NCBI RefSeq assembly: GCF_009914755.1
Contig: NC_060925.1
Strand: one strand, 5' to 3'
Length of the DNA stretch: 64,000 nt
DNA from: the human T2T-CHM13v2.0 reference genome, Homo sapiens
Both the position numbers and the translations under genes were made by a program. This document shows, piece after piece, positions 15,002 through 28,978 of this stretch. Position 1 is the stretch's first letter. Each line of letters begins with the position of its first letter. Below the pieces are notes generated by a model. It ran no database searches. It saw nothing but the letters and a program-made list of their open reading frames with translations, and was not told the DNA's origin.

Positions 15002-18000
15002 TTTTTGTTTTATAATACTTTAAGTTCTAGGGTACATGTGCACAATGTGCAGGTTTGTTACATATGTATACAAGTGCCATGTTGGTTTGCTGCACCCATT
15101 AATTCGTTATTTACATTAGGTATTTCTCCTAATGCTATCCCTCCGCCAACCCCCCACCCCATGACAGGCCCCAGTGTGTGATGTTTCCCACCCTGTGTCC
15201 AAGTGTTCTCATGGTTCAATTCCCACCTATGAGTGAGAACATGCAGCGTTTGGTTTTCTGTCCTTGCGACAATTTGCTCAGAATGATGGTTTCCAGCTTC
15301 ATCCATTCCCTACAAAGGACATGAACTCATCCTTTTTGATGGCTGCATAGTATTCCATGGTGTGTATGTGCCACATTTTCTTAATCCAGTCTATCATTGA
15401 TGGACATTTGGGTTGGTTCCAAGTCTTTGCTATTGTGAATAGTGCCAAAATAAACATACCTGTGCATGTGTCTTTATAGTAGCATGATTTATAATCCTTT
15501 GGGTATATACCCAGTAATGAGATCGCTAGGTCAAATGGTATTTCTAGTTCTAGGCCCTTGAGGAGTCACCACACTGTCTTCCACAATGTTGAACTAGTTT
15601 ACACTACCACTGACAGTGTAAAAGTGTTCCTAGTTCTCCACATCCTCTCCAGCACCTGTTGTTTCCTGACTTTTTAATGATTGCCATTCTAACTGGTGTG
15701 AGATGGTATCTCATTATGGTTTTGATTTGCATTTCTCTGATGACCAGTGATGATAAGCATTTTTTCATGTGTCTGTTGGCTGCATAAATGTCTTCTTTTG
15801 AAAAGTGTCTGTTCATATACTTTGCCCACTTTTTGATGGGGTTGTTTGATTTTTTCTTGTAAATTTAAGTTCTTTGTAGATTCTGGATATTAGCCCTTTG
15901 TCAGATGGGTAGATTGCAAAAATTTTCTCCCATTCTGTAGGTTGCCTGTTCACTCTGATGGTAGTTTCTTTTGCTGTGCAGAAGCTCTTTAGTTTAATTA
16001 GATCCCATTTGTCTATTTTGGCTTTTGTTGCCATTGCTTTTGGTGTTTTAGTCATGAAGTCCTTGCCCATGCCTATGTCCTGAGTGGTATTTCCTAGGTT
16101 TTCTTCTAGGGTTTTTATGGTTTTAGGTATAACATTTAAGTCTTTAATCCATCTTGAATTAATTTTTGTATAAGGTGTAAGGAAGGGATCCAGTTTCAGC
16201 TTTCTACATATGGCTAGCCAATTTCCCCAGCACCATTTATTAAATAGGGAATCCTTTCCCCATTTCTTGTTTTTGTCAGGTTTGTCAAAGATCAGATGGT
16301 TGTAGATGTGTGGTGTTATTTCTGAGGCCTCTATTCTGTTCCATTGGTCTGTATCTCTCTTTTGTACCATGCTGTTTTGGTTACTGTAGCCTTGTAGTAT
16401 GGTTTGAAGTCAGGTAGCATGATGCCTCCAGCTTTGTTCTTTTTGCTTAGGATTGTCTTGGCAATGCAGGCTCTTTTTTGGTTCCATATGAACTTTAAAG
16501 TAGTTTTTTCCCATTCTGTGAAGAAAGTCATTGGTAGCTTGATGGGGATGGCATTGAATCTATAAATTACCTTGGGCAGTATGGCCATTTTCACACTATT
16601 GTTTCTTCCTATCCATGAGCATGGAATGTTCTTCCGTTTGTTTGTGTCCTCTTTTATTTTGTTGAGCAGTGGTTTGTAGTTCTCCTTGAAGAGGTCCGTC
16701 TCATCCCTTGTAAGATGGATTCCTAGGTATTTTATTCTTTTCAAAGCAATTGTGAATGGCAGTTCTCTCATGATTTGGCTCTCTGTTTGTCTGTTATTGG
16801 TGTAGAGGAATGCTTGTGATTTTTGCACATTGAATTTGTATCCTGAGACTTTGCTGAAGTTGCTTATCAGCTTAAGGAGATTTTGGGCTGAGATGATGGG
16901 GTTTTCTAAATATACAATCATGTCATCTGCAAACAGGGACAATTTGACTTCCTCTTTTCCTATCTGAATACCCTTTATTTCTTTCTCTTGCCTGATTGCC
17001 CTGGCCAGAACTTCCAACACTATGTGGAATAGGAGTGTTGAGAGAGGGCATCCCTGTCTTGTGCCAGTTTTCAAAGGGAATGCTTCCAGTTTTTGCCCAT
17101 TCAGTATGATATTGGCTGTGGGTTTGTCATAAATAGCTCTTATTATTTTGAGATACATTCCACGAATACCGAGTTTATTGAGAGTTTTTAGCATGAAGGG
17201 CTGTTGAATTTTGTCAAAGGCCTTTTCTGCATCTATTGAGATAATCATGTGGTTTTTGTCTTTCGTTCTGTTTATGTGATGGATTACTTTTATTGATTTG
17301 CGTATGTTGAACCAGCCTTGCATCCCAGGGATGAAGCCAACTTGATCGTGGTGGATAAGCTTTTTGATGTGCTACTGGATTCAGTTTGCCAGTATTTTAT
17401 TGAGGATTTTCACATTGATGTTCATCAGGGATATTGGTATAAAATTCTCTTTTTTGTGTGTGTCTTTGCCAGGCTTTGGTATTAGGATGATGCTGGCTTC
17501 ATAAAATGAGTTAGGAAGGATTCCCTCTTTTTCTATTGATTGGAATAGTTTCAGAAGGAATGGTACCAGCTCCTCTTTGTACCTCTGGTAGAATTTGGCT
17601 GTGAATCTGTCTGGTCCTGGACTTTTTTTGGTTGGTAGGCTATTAATTATTGCCTCAATTTCAGAACCTGTTATTGGTCTATTCAGGTGTTTATAGTATT
17701 CTCTGATGGTAGTTTGTATTTTCTGTGGGATCAGTGGTGATATCCCCTTTATCATTTTTTATTGCATCTATTTTATTCTTCTCTCTTTTCTTCTTTATTA
17801 GTCTTGCTAGTAGTCTATTTTGTTGATCTTTTCAGAAAACCAGCTCCTGGCTTCATTGACTTTTTGAAGAGTTTTTTGTGTCTCTATCTCCTTCAGTCCT
17901 GCTCTGATCTGTGTTATTTCTTGTCTTCTGCTGTCTTTTGAATTTGTTTGCTCTTGTTTTTCTAGTTCTTTTAATTGTGATGTTAGGGCATCAATTTTAG

Positions 18001-21000
18001 ATCTTTCCTGCTTTCTCTTGTGGGCATTTAGTGCTATAAATTTCCCTCTACACGCTGCTTTAAATGTGTCCCAGAGATTCTGGTACATTGTGTCTTTGTT
18101 CTCATTGGTTTCAAAGAACAACTTTATTTCTGCCTTCATTTCCTCACTTACCCAGTAGTCATTCGGAGCAGGTTGTTCAGTTTCCATGTAGTTGTGCAGT
18201 TTTGAGTGAGTTTCTTAATCCTGAGTTCTAATTTGATTGCACTGTGGTCTGAGATAGAGTTTGTTGTGATTTCTGTTCTTTTACATTTGCTGAGGAGTGT
18301 TTTACTTCCAATTACGTCGTCAGTTTAAGAATAAGTGTGATGTGCTGAGAAGAATGTATATTCTGTTGATTTGGGGTGGAGAGTCCTGTAGATGTCTATT
18401 AGGTCCACTTGGTCCAGAGCTGAGTTCAATTCCTGGATATCCTTGTTAATTTTTTGTCTCGTTGATCCAATATTGACAGTCGGGTGTTAAAGTCTCCCAT
18501 TGTTATTGTGTGGGAGTCTAAGTCTCTTTGTATTGGCGCTCCTGTATTGGGTGCATATATATTTAGAATAGTTAGCTCTTCTTGTTGAATTGATCCCTTT
18601 ACCACTATGTAATGGCCTTCTTTGTCTCTTTTGATCTTTGTTGGTTTAAAGTCTGTTTTATCAGAGACTAGGATTGCAACCCCTGCTTTTTTTTGCTTTC
18701 CATTTGCTTGGTAGATCTTCCTCCATCCCTTTATTTTGAGCTTATGTGTGTCTGTGCATGAGATGGGTTTCCTGACTACAGCACACTGATGGGTCTTAAC
18801 TCTTTATCCAATTTGCCAGTCTTTGTCTTTTAATTGGGGCGTTTAGCCCATTTACATTTAAGGTTAGTATTGTTATGTGTGAATTTGATCCTGTCATTAT
18901 GATGTTAGCTGGTTATTTTGCCCGTTAGTTGATGCAGTTTCTTCCTAGCATCGATAGTCTTTACAATTTGGCATGTTTTTGCAGTGGCTGGTACTGATGG
19001 TTCCTTTCCATGTTTAGTGCTTCCTTCAGGAGCTCTTGTAAGGTAGGCCTGGGGGTGACAGAATCTCTCAGCATTTGCTTGTCTGTAAAGTATTTTATTT
19101 CTCCTTCACTTATGAAGCTTAGTTTGGCTGGATATGAAATTCTGGGTTGAAAATTCTTTTTTTTGAGAATGTTGAATATTGGCCCCCACTCTCTTCTGGC
19201 TTGTAGAGTTTCTGCCAAGAGATCTGTTGTTAGTCTGATGGGCTTCCCTTTGTGGGTAACCCAACCTTTCTCTCTTGGCTGCGCTTAAGATTTTTTCCTT
19301 CATTTCAACCTTGGTGAATCTAACAATTATGTGTCTTGGGGTTGCTCTTCTCGAGGAGTATCTTTGTGGTGTTCTCTGTATTTCCTGAATTTGAATGTTG
19401 GCCTGCCTTGCTAGGTTGGGGAAGTTCTCCTGGATAATATCCTGCAGAGTGTTTTCCAACTTGGTTCCATTCTCCCCGTCACTTTCAGGTACACCAGTCA
19501 GACGTAGACGTAGATTTGGTCTTTTCACATAGTCCCATATTTCTTGGAGGCTTTGTTAGTTTCTTTTTACTCTTTTTTCTCTAAACTTCTCTTCTCGCTT
19601 CATTTCATTAATTTGATCTTCAATCACTAATACCCTTTCTTCCAGTTGATCAAATCAGCTACTGAAGCTTGTGCATGCATCAGGTAGTTCTTGTGCCATG
19701 GTTTTCAGCTCCATCAAGTCATTTAAGTGCTTCTGTACACTGTTTATTCTAGTTAGGCATTCATCTAATCTTTTTTTAAGGTTTTTAGCTTCCTTGCAAT
19801 GGGTTTGAACATCCTCCTTTAGCTCGGAGAAGTTTGTTATTACCGACCTTCTGAAGCCTATTTCTGTCAACTCATCAAAGTTGTTCTCCATCCAGCTTTG
19901 TTCCATTGCTGGCGAGGAGCTGCAATCCTTTGGAGGAGAAGAGGCACTCTGGTTTTTAGAATTCTCAGCTTTTCTGTTCTGGTTTCTCCCCATCTTTGTA
20001 GTTTTATCTACCTTTGGTCTTTGATGCTGGCGACCTACAGATTGGGTTTTGGTATAGATGTCCTTTTTGTTGATATTGATGCTATCCCTTTCTGTTCGTT
20101 AGTTTTCCTTCTAAGAGTCAGGTCCCTCAGCTGCAGGTCTGTTGGAGTTTGCTGGAGGTCCACTGCAGACCCTGTTTGCCTGGGTATCACCAGCAGAGGC
20201 TGCAGAAAAGCAAATATTGCAGAACAGCAAATATTGCTGCCTGATCCTTCCTCTGGAAGCTTCGTCTCAGAGGGGTGCCTGGCTGTATGAGGTGTCAATC
20301 AGTCCCCACTGGGAGGTGTCTCCCAGTTAGGCTACATGGGGGTCACAGACCCACTTAAGGAGGCAGTCCGTCCATTCTCAGAGCTCAAACACCATGTTGG
20401 GAGAACCACTGTTCTCTTCAGAGCTGTCAGACAGGGACGTTTAAGTCTGCAGAAGTTTCTGCTGCCTTTTGTTCAGCTATGCCTTGCTCCCAGAGGTGGA
20501 GTCTACAGAGGCAGGCAGGCCTCCTTGAGTTGTGGTGGGCTCCACCCAGTTGGAGCTTCCAGGCCACTTTGTTTACCTACTCAAGCCTCAGCAATGGCAG
20601 ACCGCCCCCCGCCCCTGCAACACCCTGCAGCCAGGCTGCCGGCTTTCACTCAGTTAGATCTGGGAGCTGCGGCACTAGCAGTGAGCAAGGCTCTGTGGGC
20701 GTGGGACCTGCTGAGCCAGGAGCGGGATATAATCTCCTGGTGTGCCATTTGCTAAGACCATTGGAAAAGTGCATCATTAAGATGGGAGTGTCCCAATTTT
20801 CCCAGTACAGTCTGTCACAGCTTCCCTTGGCTAGGAAAGGAAAATCCACTGACCCCTTGTGCTTCCTGGTTGAGGTGATACCCCGCCCTGCTTTGGCTCG
20901 CCGTCCTTGGGCTGCACCCACTGTCCAACCAGTCCCAATGAGATGAACCAGGTACCTCAGTTGGAAATGCAGAAATCACCTGTCTTCGGTGTCGATCATG

Positions 21001-21041
21001 CTGTGAGCTACAGACCTGAGCTGTTCCTATTCAGCCATCTT
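15002..21041 (-). mobile_element. Full-length (~6.0 kb) inactive L1PA (about L1PA5-7)
   Basis: 5'UTR begins with YY1 motif AAGATGGC at 21041; ORF1 pieces (19655-19993, 19106-19528, 18961-19218); ORF2 pieces with RT motif FADD (16331-17323); 3'UTR ends ~15002; multiple frameshifts and deletions. Confidence 0.97.
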
Positions 21042-21382
21042 CGCTTGTGCTGCTTTAATTAATGTGTACATTTGATTCATATGCTGAATTTGCTGTGGCA
21101 TCATTTCTTGATTGTTTGTATATTATCTGATAGCATGCAATCAATACTTGATTAAAGCTTAGAGTTTACATCTCCTAAACTATTAGACTTGCCTCTTTGC
21201 TGGGAACTTATATAACATATTGGCCAAGAATGTTGGTGCTGACATCAACCGGTATTGGCTTACCAACCTTACTTTTACCAGGCACTGGCTCTTTTATCTT
21301 ACTTACCCAAGTCTCTCTGTATTTCAGTTTCTCTAAACCAGCAAGAGGATAGTTTGAACCATATGAAATTGCTCATAATTGA

Positions 21383-21687
<305 letters not shown>

Positions 21688-22487
21688 GATAATTGACCAT
21701 TTTTAACCGACAGAAATGGAAAGTCCCATGGTTCCACCAAATAGAATACTTACCACATTGGGCAGGTGTGAGGAGTTAATGATGAAGAGGCATGAAAAGC
21801 CCTTAGTAAATGTCCAGTAAGTGAGAGCTCCTATTATTAATGCCCCTACTGTTTCCCCATTACAATGCAGTTCTCACAATATTGGTAAATTTATAACATG
21901 AATTCACGGCAGGCATCGTGTTATGTTTTTAAGATTTGCATATGTAAACTCATTTGCTCTTCGCAGCAACTCAGTTAAGTAACTTGTTGAAAATCTCAGT
22001 TAGTAATTAGTATTGTGGCCACGATCAAAACCTAGATCCTTCAACTTCAAATTCTTTACTCTTCCATACTATAGATAATTTAAATTCTTGAATGTGCTTA
22101 TACATGATTTATATGTTTTTAATGCCTGTACGGCTTAAATTTACTACATATTGTACTTGATACCCTTGCCATAACACCGCAGTTCTTAGGGAGGGAAATT
22201 TAATCTTCTAAACTTATTTTGGGGGAAAAACCAGGGAATGTAAATCAGAAATTGATTATGTAGTCACTTTTAGTAAGTTATTTTTCTCCTGTCTAGAAAA
22301 GAGAAATAATATTGATAACATTTCTATCTTTGGGAATATATTTTTGTTTTTAGGTGCTTTAAAGCACTTCTACAAGTGCTGTATAAATACAGTGTCACTA
22401 ACACTGACTGCTTTTTTTTTTCATGCTTGACATTTATAGGATCTGATATTCAACTGTTTATGTTTTTCTTTAAAAAACCACTCTTCC

Positions 22488-22790
22488 AGGCCAGGCGCCA
22501 TGGCTCACACCTGTAACCTCAGCATTTTGGGGAGGCTGAGGTGTGAGGATCGCTCGAGTCCAGGAGTTCAAGACCAGCCTGGGCGATAAGAGAGACCCCA
22601 TCTCTACAAAAAATTTAAACATTAGCCAAATGTTGTGGCACGTGTCTGTCATCCCAGTTATTTGGGAGGCTGAGGTGGGAGGATCACTTGAGCCTGTGAG
22701 GCAGAGGTTGTAGTGAGCTGTGATTGTGTCACTGCACTCCATCCTGGGGGACAGAGAAAGACCCTGTCTCAAAAAAATAAAAACAAGACA
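22488..22790 (+). mobile_element. AluJ-like
   Basis: diverged Alu dimer with A tail. Confidence 0.9.
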
Positions 22791-23166
22791 AACCAGTCTC
22801 CTTGTGTGTCCTGTAATACCCTGCATCAGTTTCCCCAATGTATTTGATCACAGAACGCTTTTGAAATTATAATGTACTGTTGGAAGCCCAACAGGAGCTC
22901 ACAAGCTTTAAGTGTTTAGAACAAAGCAGGCAGCAAAAAAAAGTCTCACAGATTAATTAATTGCTGTAGAAGTGATCACATTTTTATTCATAGTCTTTTT
23001 GCTTTATCAAGACAAACAAAATGAATTAAAATTAGTTTTACTTTATTAAGAGACCACCTGGTGCATTTTATTCTTAATAAGGTAAAATGGATTTAAATTC
23101 TCAAATTTTAACTCCTGGAATGAGTGTAACTGCTACATTTATGTTGCCATATTCAGAAGCCACTAA

Positions 23167-23534
<368 letters not shown>

Positions 23535-24669
23535 TGAAACCTAAATCCCTTGAAAATAATACAGCTGTCATGACCTGTTACCATCTTAAGGATTTGGAGG
23601 AAGAGAGCCATGGTTTGGAATAGAACATGAACGAGTGCAGAGGAGTGGAAATTACCACAGTTTGTTCTGAAGACTGGATACAGCGGCACCTTCCTGGAGC
23701 AGTGGTACCCCTTAAAGGTGAAGGGAACGTGGGTGTTGCAACAGAGGACCATTATCAAGAAGACTCTTTTGGGTTTGGTCTGAGAGGCACTGGGAAACCT
23801 CTTAAACTTGAGTAAGGTAGAGTCTTGACTCAAAGTAATAAATTGGCAAAAAACTCCACACCCCTATATTTTAAAATGCTATTCATTTACTCAGTAGATA
23901 TTTCTCCAGTGTCTAATACTTAAGGTACTGAGCTAGGCACTGCAAATTCATAGTGAGCAAACACATTGTTCCTGTTCTTATGTAATTTACAGTCTAGTGG
24001 TAGAGAAAGATTTTAATCATATAATTATAGTAAATGTAAAATTATACTCTGGTGGTTATTATGAAAAAGGAGTACAAATATAACAAATCAGCAAGTGGTA
24101 TGTAAAATTGCAGTGGAGAATGACTCAATGCTAGGAGACCAGTGAGAAAACTCTAGTAATCACCTAGACATAGGTTAGTGAGAACATGACCCACACTGAA
24201 TGCAGGCTGTGAATATGAATCAAGACAGAGCTCAGGTGCCTTTGTTTTGCCCTAGTTAGTGGGAAGGAGGGAATCAGGTTACCATGGATTTACTTAGACG
24301 AAGCAAAATAGTTTCTTTTCTCAATAGGGAGCCATGGGAGAATGTCCCAGTGGGAATATCAGGGTTGGGGTTGAGCAAGAAAATTTGTTAAAATTCTCAT
24401 ATGTTCAAGTACAATAGAAATCATTCCATTGATAATATGAATCCAAAATATCCAATACTGTTATGTAAGATTGCCTGGAGGGCTGCTGTATTTGCATCTG
24501 TTTGTCTGTGTCATCATCATCATCTGCTAACTAAAAATGATACAATTCCTACTCCTCATCTGCTGATGGAAGAGGTTGTTGGCAGTAACTAAAATTTGTA
24601 TAGTGATGAAAAATACAAGTAGATATTTAAAGAGTCAATATTTGGGTCTAAATGTATACATCACATTGA

Positions 24670-24987
<318 letters not shown>

Positions 24988-25060
24988 TGATTGACCATGT
25001 GATGAAGAGTGCTACTAGTACAGATATCATTGAGAAGTAATGTAACTTGGGGATGAGTGT

Positions 25061-25061
<1 letters not shown>

Positions 25062-25093
<32 letters not shown>

Positions 25094-26034
25094 AAATCAC
25101 GACCAGGTGCAGTGACTCATACATGTAAGTGAGCACTTTGGAAGGCCGAGGCAGGAGGATCACTTGAGCCCAGGAGTTGGAGACCAGCCTGGGCAACATA
25201 GTGAGGCCTCCTCTCTACAATTTTTTTTTTTTTTTAAAGAAAATCACGTTATTCCAACTAACTCCGCAAACAGTAACACCACAATGGCAGGTTTAAGGAG
25301 GCCACACAAACATTTGCCCAGCCCGAAATTCTATACCATCTCAGTGAACTTGTATACAGTAAGAATGCTCTTTTCCATTGCAATTCTGAAGCAAGGAAGC
25401 TATTAATGAAAGAGAAGTTTAACTGATGGTTTTGCACTTTATACTTTTATTATCAACTATATTTTTATGCTAAATTATCTTGGTCAGGTGAGCTGATTTT
25501 TCATTTCTTCAATCTGAACTTTTTGACTAGGCTAATTCACCTGCAAGTCTGCACTGTTTCAACACCTTAGTGAAACCCTCACAGAGCTTTATGTCACCCT
25601 GGTTCTGCGCACACTCTAAAAACTGTTTATCTCATAGAAGCAAGGGCGAAACTGCTGCTGCTGTTGCTGCTGCTGTGCCAGCTGGGTTTCTGAGGGCCCT
25701 ACTTAGAGATGTTAGGCTTTGAGGGCTCAGCATTACTTACTCTTCTGAAGCTCCCAGTGATGGCCTGACCCAGTATGTGCCTGACAGCCTGACAGCCATG
25801 CCAGCTGCAGCAGTTGTCATTTGGGTCATCAGACCTGGCTGTGGGGTACAGCAGCAGGTGAGCCAACTGCAGATGATGGGGCTGCTGCTAGTGCTGGCCT
25901 GGGTGCACTTCTCATCTGAGGTACCTGCTGGAGACGCCCAACTGGCCCAGGCAACCATGAGGAAGGTGCTTTGACTTCTGCAAGCATCGTAAGTGTGTGT
26001 GGTAACTTTACCTCTAGAAGTGTGGACCTCTGTC
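25062..26034 (-). pseudogene. CHCHD2P5: CHCHD2 (MNRR1) processed pseudogene; CDS remnant 25527-25987, 3'UTR, poly(A) 25062-25089
   Basis: [49 protein letters not shown]; intronless; CHCHD2-like 3'UTR; poly(A); TSD. Parent gene is confident; the P5 suffix is from memory and unverified. Confidence 0.92.
25101..25220 (+). mobile_element. FLAM/Alu monomer inserted at the 3' end of the CHCHD2 retrocopy
   Basis: single left arm; TSD aagaaaatcac (25090-25100 / 25237-25247). Confidence 0.9.
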
Positions 26035-26245
26035 TGAGTGTCAGTTTTAAGATTTGAATAATCATCCAGGGTGAGTTTGAAATAGTTATTTCTTGGCCTG
26101 AATAGATGAATATTAGGATTGGAATTAGACTCATAGCAAAAGCATATGAAATAGTTTTTATGTAGTGAGGATAAGAGGTATCTTAGGAAATGTTAGTAAT
26201 TAAGATGGTAAGTGAAGTTATGATAGAAGAAGAGAACAAATTTAT

Positions 26246-26442
26246 TGCTTTTATTTGGAGTTACACTCATTTTTTTAGCTCCTAACTCCAGCGGATTATT
26301 TCTATGCTTTAAAAGTTGAAAAACAATATTATTCTACATGGAGGCATGAGTTAGTAGTTTTTGCTTACTTTCTCAGTAAATAAGGAGTTTTAGGCTTCTG
26401 TTGTTTTAGTCACAATATAATGTTTTGTTTAACAATATTTAT
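26246..26442 (-). pseudogene. NUMT tRNA cluster: His (26375-26442), Ser-AGY (26317-26374), Leu-CUN (26246-26316)
   Basis: ATAAATATTGTTAAACAAAACATTATATTGTGA; GAGAAAGTAAGCAAAAACTACTAACTCATGC; ACTTTTAAAG...AACTCCAAATAAAAGCA. Confidence 0.92.
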
Positions 26443-26525
26443 AATATATGGGTACTAGAATAGTTTGGGGGTTGTGATAGGAGAAGAAATATATAAGTAT
26501 TAGAATATTTTTCTCGTGTGAATGA

Positions 26526-26849
<324 letters not shown>

Positions 26850-27816
26850 TAATGTTATTAATGTGGTATGTACACTTTCCTCATCATATTGTGTTTAATA
26901 TGTAGGGTAAATATAGGGCTCTAATTAGTATATTAAGTCCTATTAGGATAGTGGTAAAACCAGTTCACAAAAATAATGCTATAACTACAAAGAATTTTCC
27001 AATTAGGTTCATAGTGGTGGTAGGGCTAGATAAGTTAGCTAGCCAGTACTCATCATGTTGCTATTAAAGGCAGTAATATTTGTAGTTTGAGAGCTAATAG
27101 TATAGTTCAAGTATGGATTCGCTCATAGATTGGGTTTTTGAGGCACAGCAACATTGATGACATTAGGCCACGGACAATTATTAGGGCTGTGGCTCCTGTA
27201 AAACTTCATGGCATTAGAATAAAAATGGCTAGTTTTACTAGTGCTACAAGACTTACGGATGAACAGGTAATGACTGATTTTAAGTCTTGTTTGGTGTAAA
27301 CAAATAGAGCTGTTACGATAGTTCCTCCTAGGGATAATATAAGAAATGATTAGGTTATGTATTCTGTTAGTGGATTTAAAATTGCAAAATTTCATTTTAT
27401 ACTACAGCCTCCTAGTTTTAGTAATGTGGCTGCAATTGGGGCTTCTACATGCGCTTTTGGTAGTCAGAGGTGGAGGCCGTAAAGGGGTATTTTTACTAGG
27501 AATGCTATTATGTAGGCTAATCATGGGAGACATTAGATCAGGAGCTTGGTCATGTTTGAATTCAATAGTGGTTCTTAAAAAAATTAATGAGTCTGAGGAA
27601 TTTTGGATATAGATTAATGCTATGAGTAGGGTTGAACAGCCAATCAGTGTGTAGGACAGGAAATAAAGTCTTGCATTGAATTGTTCTCTTCAGCCTCCTC
27701 ATCAAGTGACAGTGATTAGAGTAGGGATTAGGGTTGCTGCAAAGAGAATATAGAATAGAATTAGTTCTGTGGCAGTAAATGTCATGATTAAGAATATTCG
27801 TAGAAAAATTAATATT

Positions 27817-28115
27817 GGCCGGGTGTGGCGGCTCAAGCCTGTAATCACAGCACCTTGGGATGCCTGAAGCTGGAGAATCACTTGAGGAGTTAGAGACCAA
27901 CCTGGGCAACATGGCAAAACCCTGTGTCTACAAAAAATGCAGAAAAAATAGCCAGGTGTGGTGGTGCGCACCTGTGGTCTCAGCTGTTCAGGTGGCTGAG
28001 GTGGAAGGATCGCCCGGGCAGGGAAGGCTGCTATGAGCTGTGATCACATTACTGCACTCTAGCCTGGGTGACAGAGTGAGACCCTGTCTGGAAAAAAAAA
28101 AAAAAAAAAAAGAAA
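27817..28115 (+). mobile_element. AluJ-like inside NUMT ND4
   Basis: TSD agaaaaattaata. Confidence 0.92.
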
Positions 28116-28255
28116 AGAAAAATTAATACTGAGAAATATAGTTTTTTTCATGTATCTGATTTTTTTGAGAGATGGTGTTGATTTCTTATAATTATTAGGG
28201 AAAGTAGTCAAGTTGGACTTGGATGGGGTGGGATAAGATAAATATTTAAAATTAT

Positions 28256-28435
28256 GGCCAGATGCAGTGGCATGTATCTGTAAATTCCAGCCACACAGGA
28301 GGCTGAGCTGAGAGGATAGGTTGAGCCCAGGAGTTTGAGTCCAGCCTAGGCAACATAGTGAGGCTCTGTCTGAAACAAAACAAAACAAAAAACAAACAAA
28401 AAATTGTAATGAAACAAAACAAAAAACAAAAAATT
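28256..28435 (+). mobile_element. FLAM/Alu monomer with (CAAAA)n tail at the ND4/ND4L deletion junction
   Basis: single diverged left arm and simple-repeat tail. Confidence 0.85.
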
Positions 28436-28632
28436 AGAATTTTACAATAAATAATCATAACATTATGCCTTCGAAACATAATAATGAAAATAGGTGTGAC
28501 TGGTATACTGAAAGCTGTATTAAGTATGCAATATAAGCTAGAATAATGTTAATATAAATGAAGGTATATTGGTAATTATGAAATATAATTTAATGGGTTG
28601 AAATTGTTTGTTTTAATTTAAACTAAAAACCA
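28436..28632 (-). pseudogene. NUMT ND4L 5' half (28436-28567) and tRNA-Arg (28569-28632)
   Basis: YINIILAY..VYQSHL..LLCFEGMML; TGGTTTTTAGTTTAAATTAAAAC...TTACCAA. Confidence 0.88.
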
Positions 28633-28978
28633 TATTTAATTAATTCTAGTCCTTTTTGCATCCATTCATAAACTAGGCCTGGGGATAGGATAAGGATTAA
28701 AATTAGTGCCATAATGAGTATGAGTTTTGAGTTGTTTATTTGAGATGCTCATGGTAATGGTAATTAGAGGGGATTTCTAGATTGAATAATCAGAAAGCTA
28801 TAGCTACTAAGAAAAATTTTATGGCAAATCATAGCTGGGCAGATGCTGTTGGATCAAATCTGCATTTGTATATCCTTGATTTTTCTGTATAGATATTTAA
28901 TTGTGGTAATCAGAATGCAATGATGATAAGCAGTAGTGCTAGTAATGTATTAGTTAATAAGGTTAATGTAAGATTGAT
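28633..28978 (-). pseudogene. NUMT ND3 (essentially full length)
   Basis: [52 protein letters not shown]. Confidence 0.95.

Noticed and set aside
15604-19993. L1 as a retrotransposition-competent element
   Set aside because: ORF1 and ORF2 are broken by frameshifts, stops and deletions
25829-26134. ND5-CHCHD2 fusion ORF (101 aa) as a real chimeric protein
   Set aside because: Chance open frame across the insertion junction; frameshifted at the CHCHD2 start and ends before the CX9C domain; no promoter evidence
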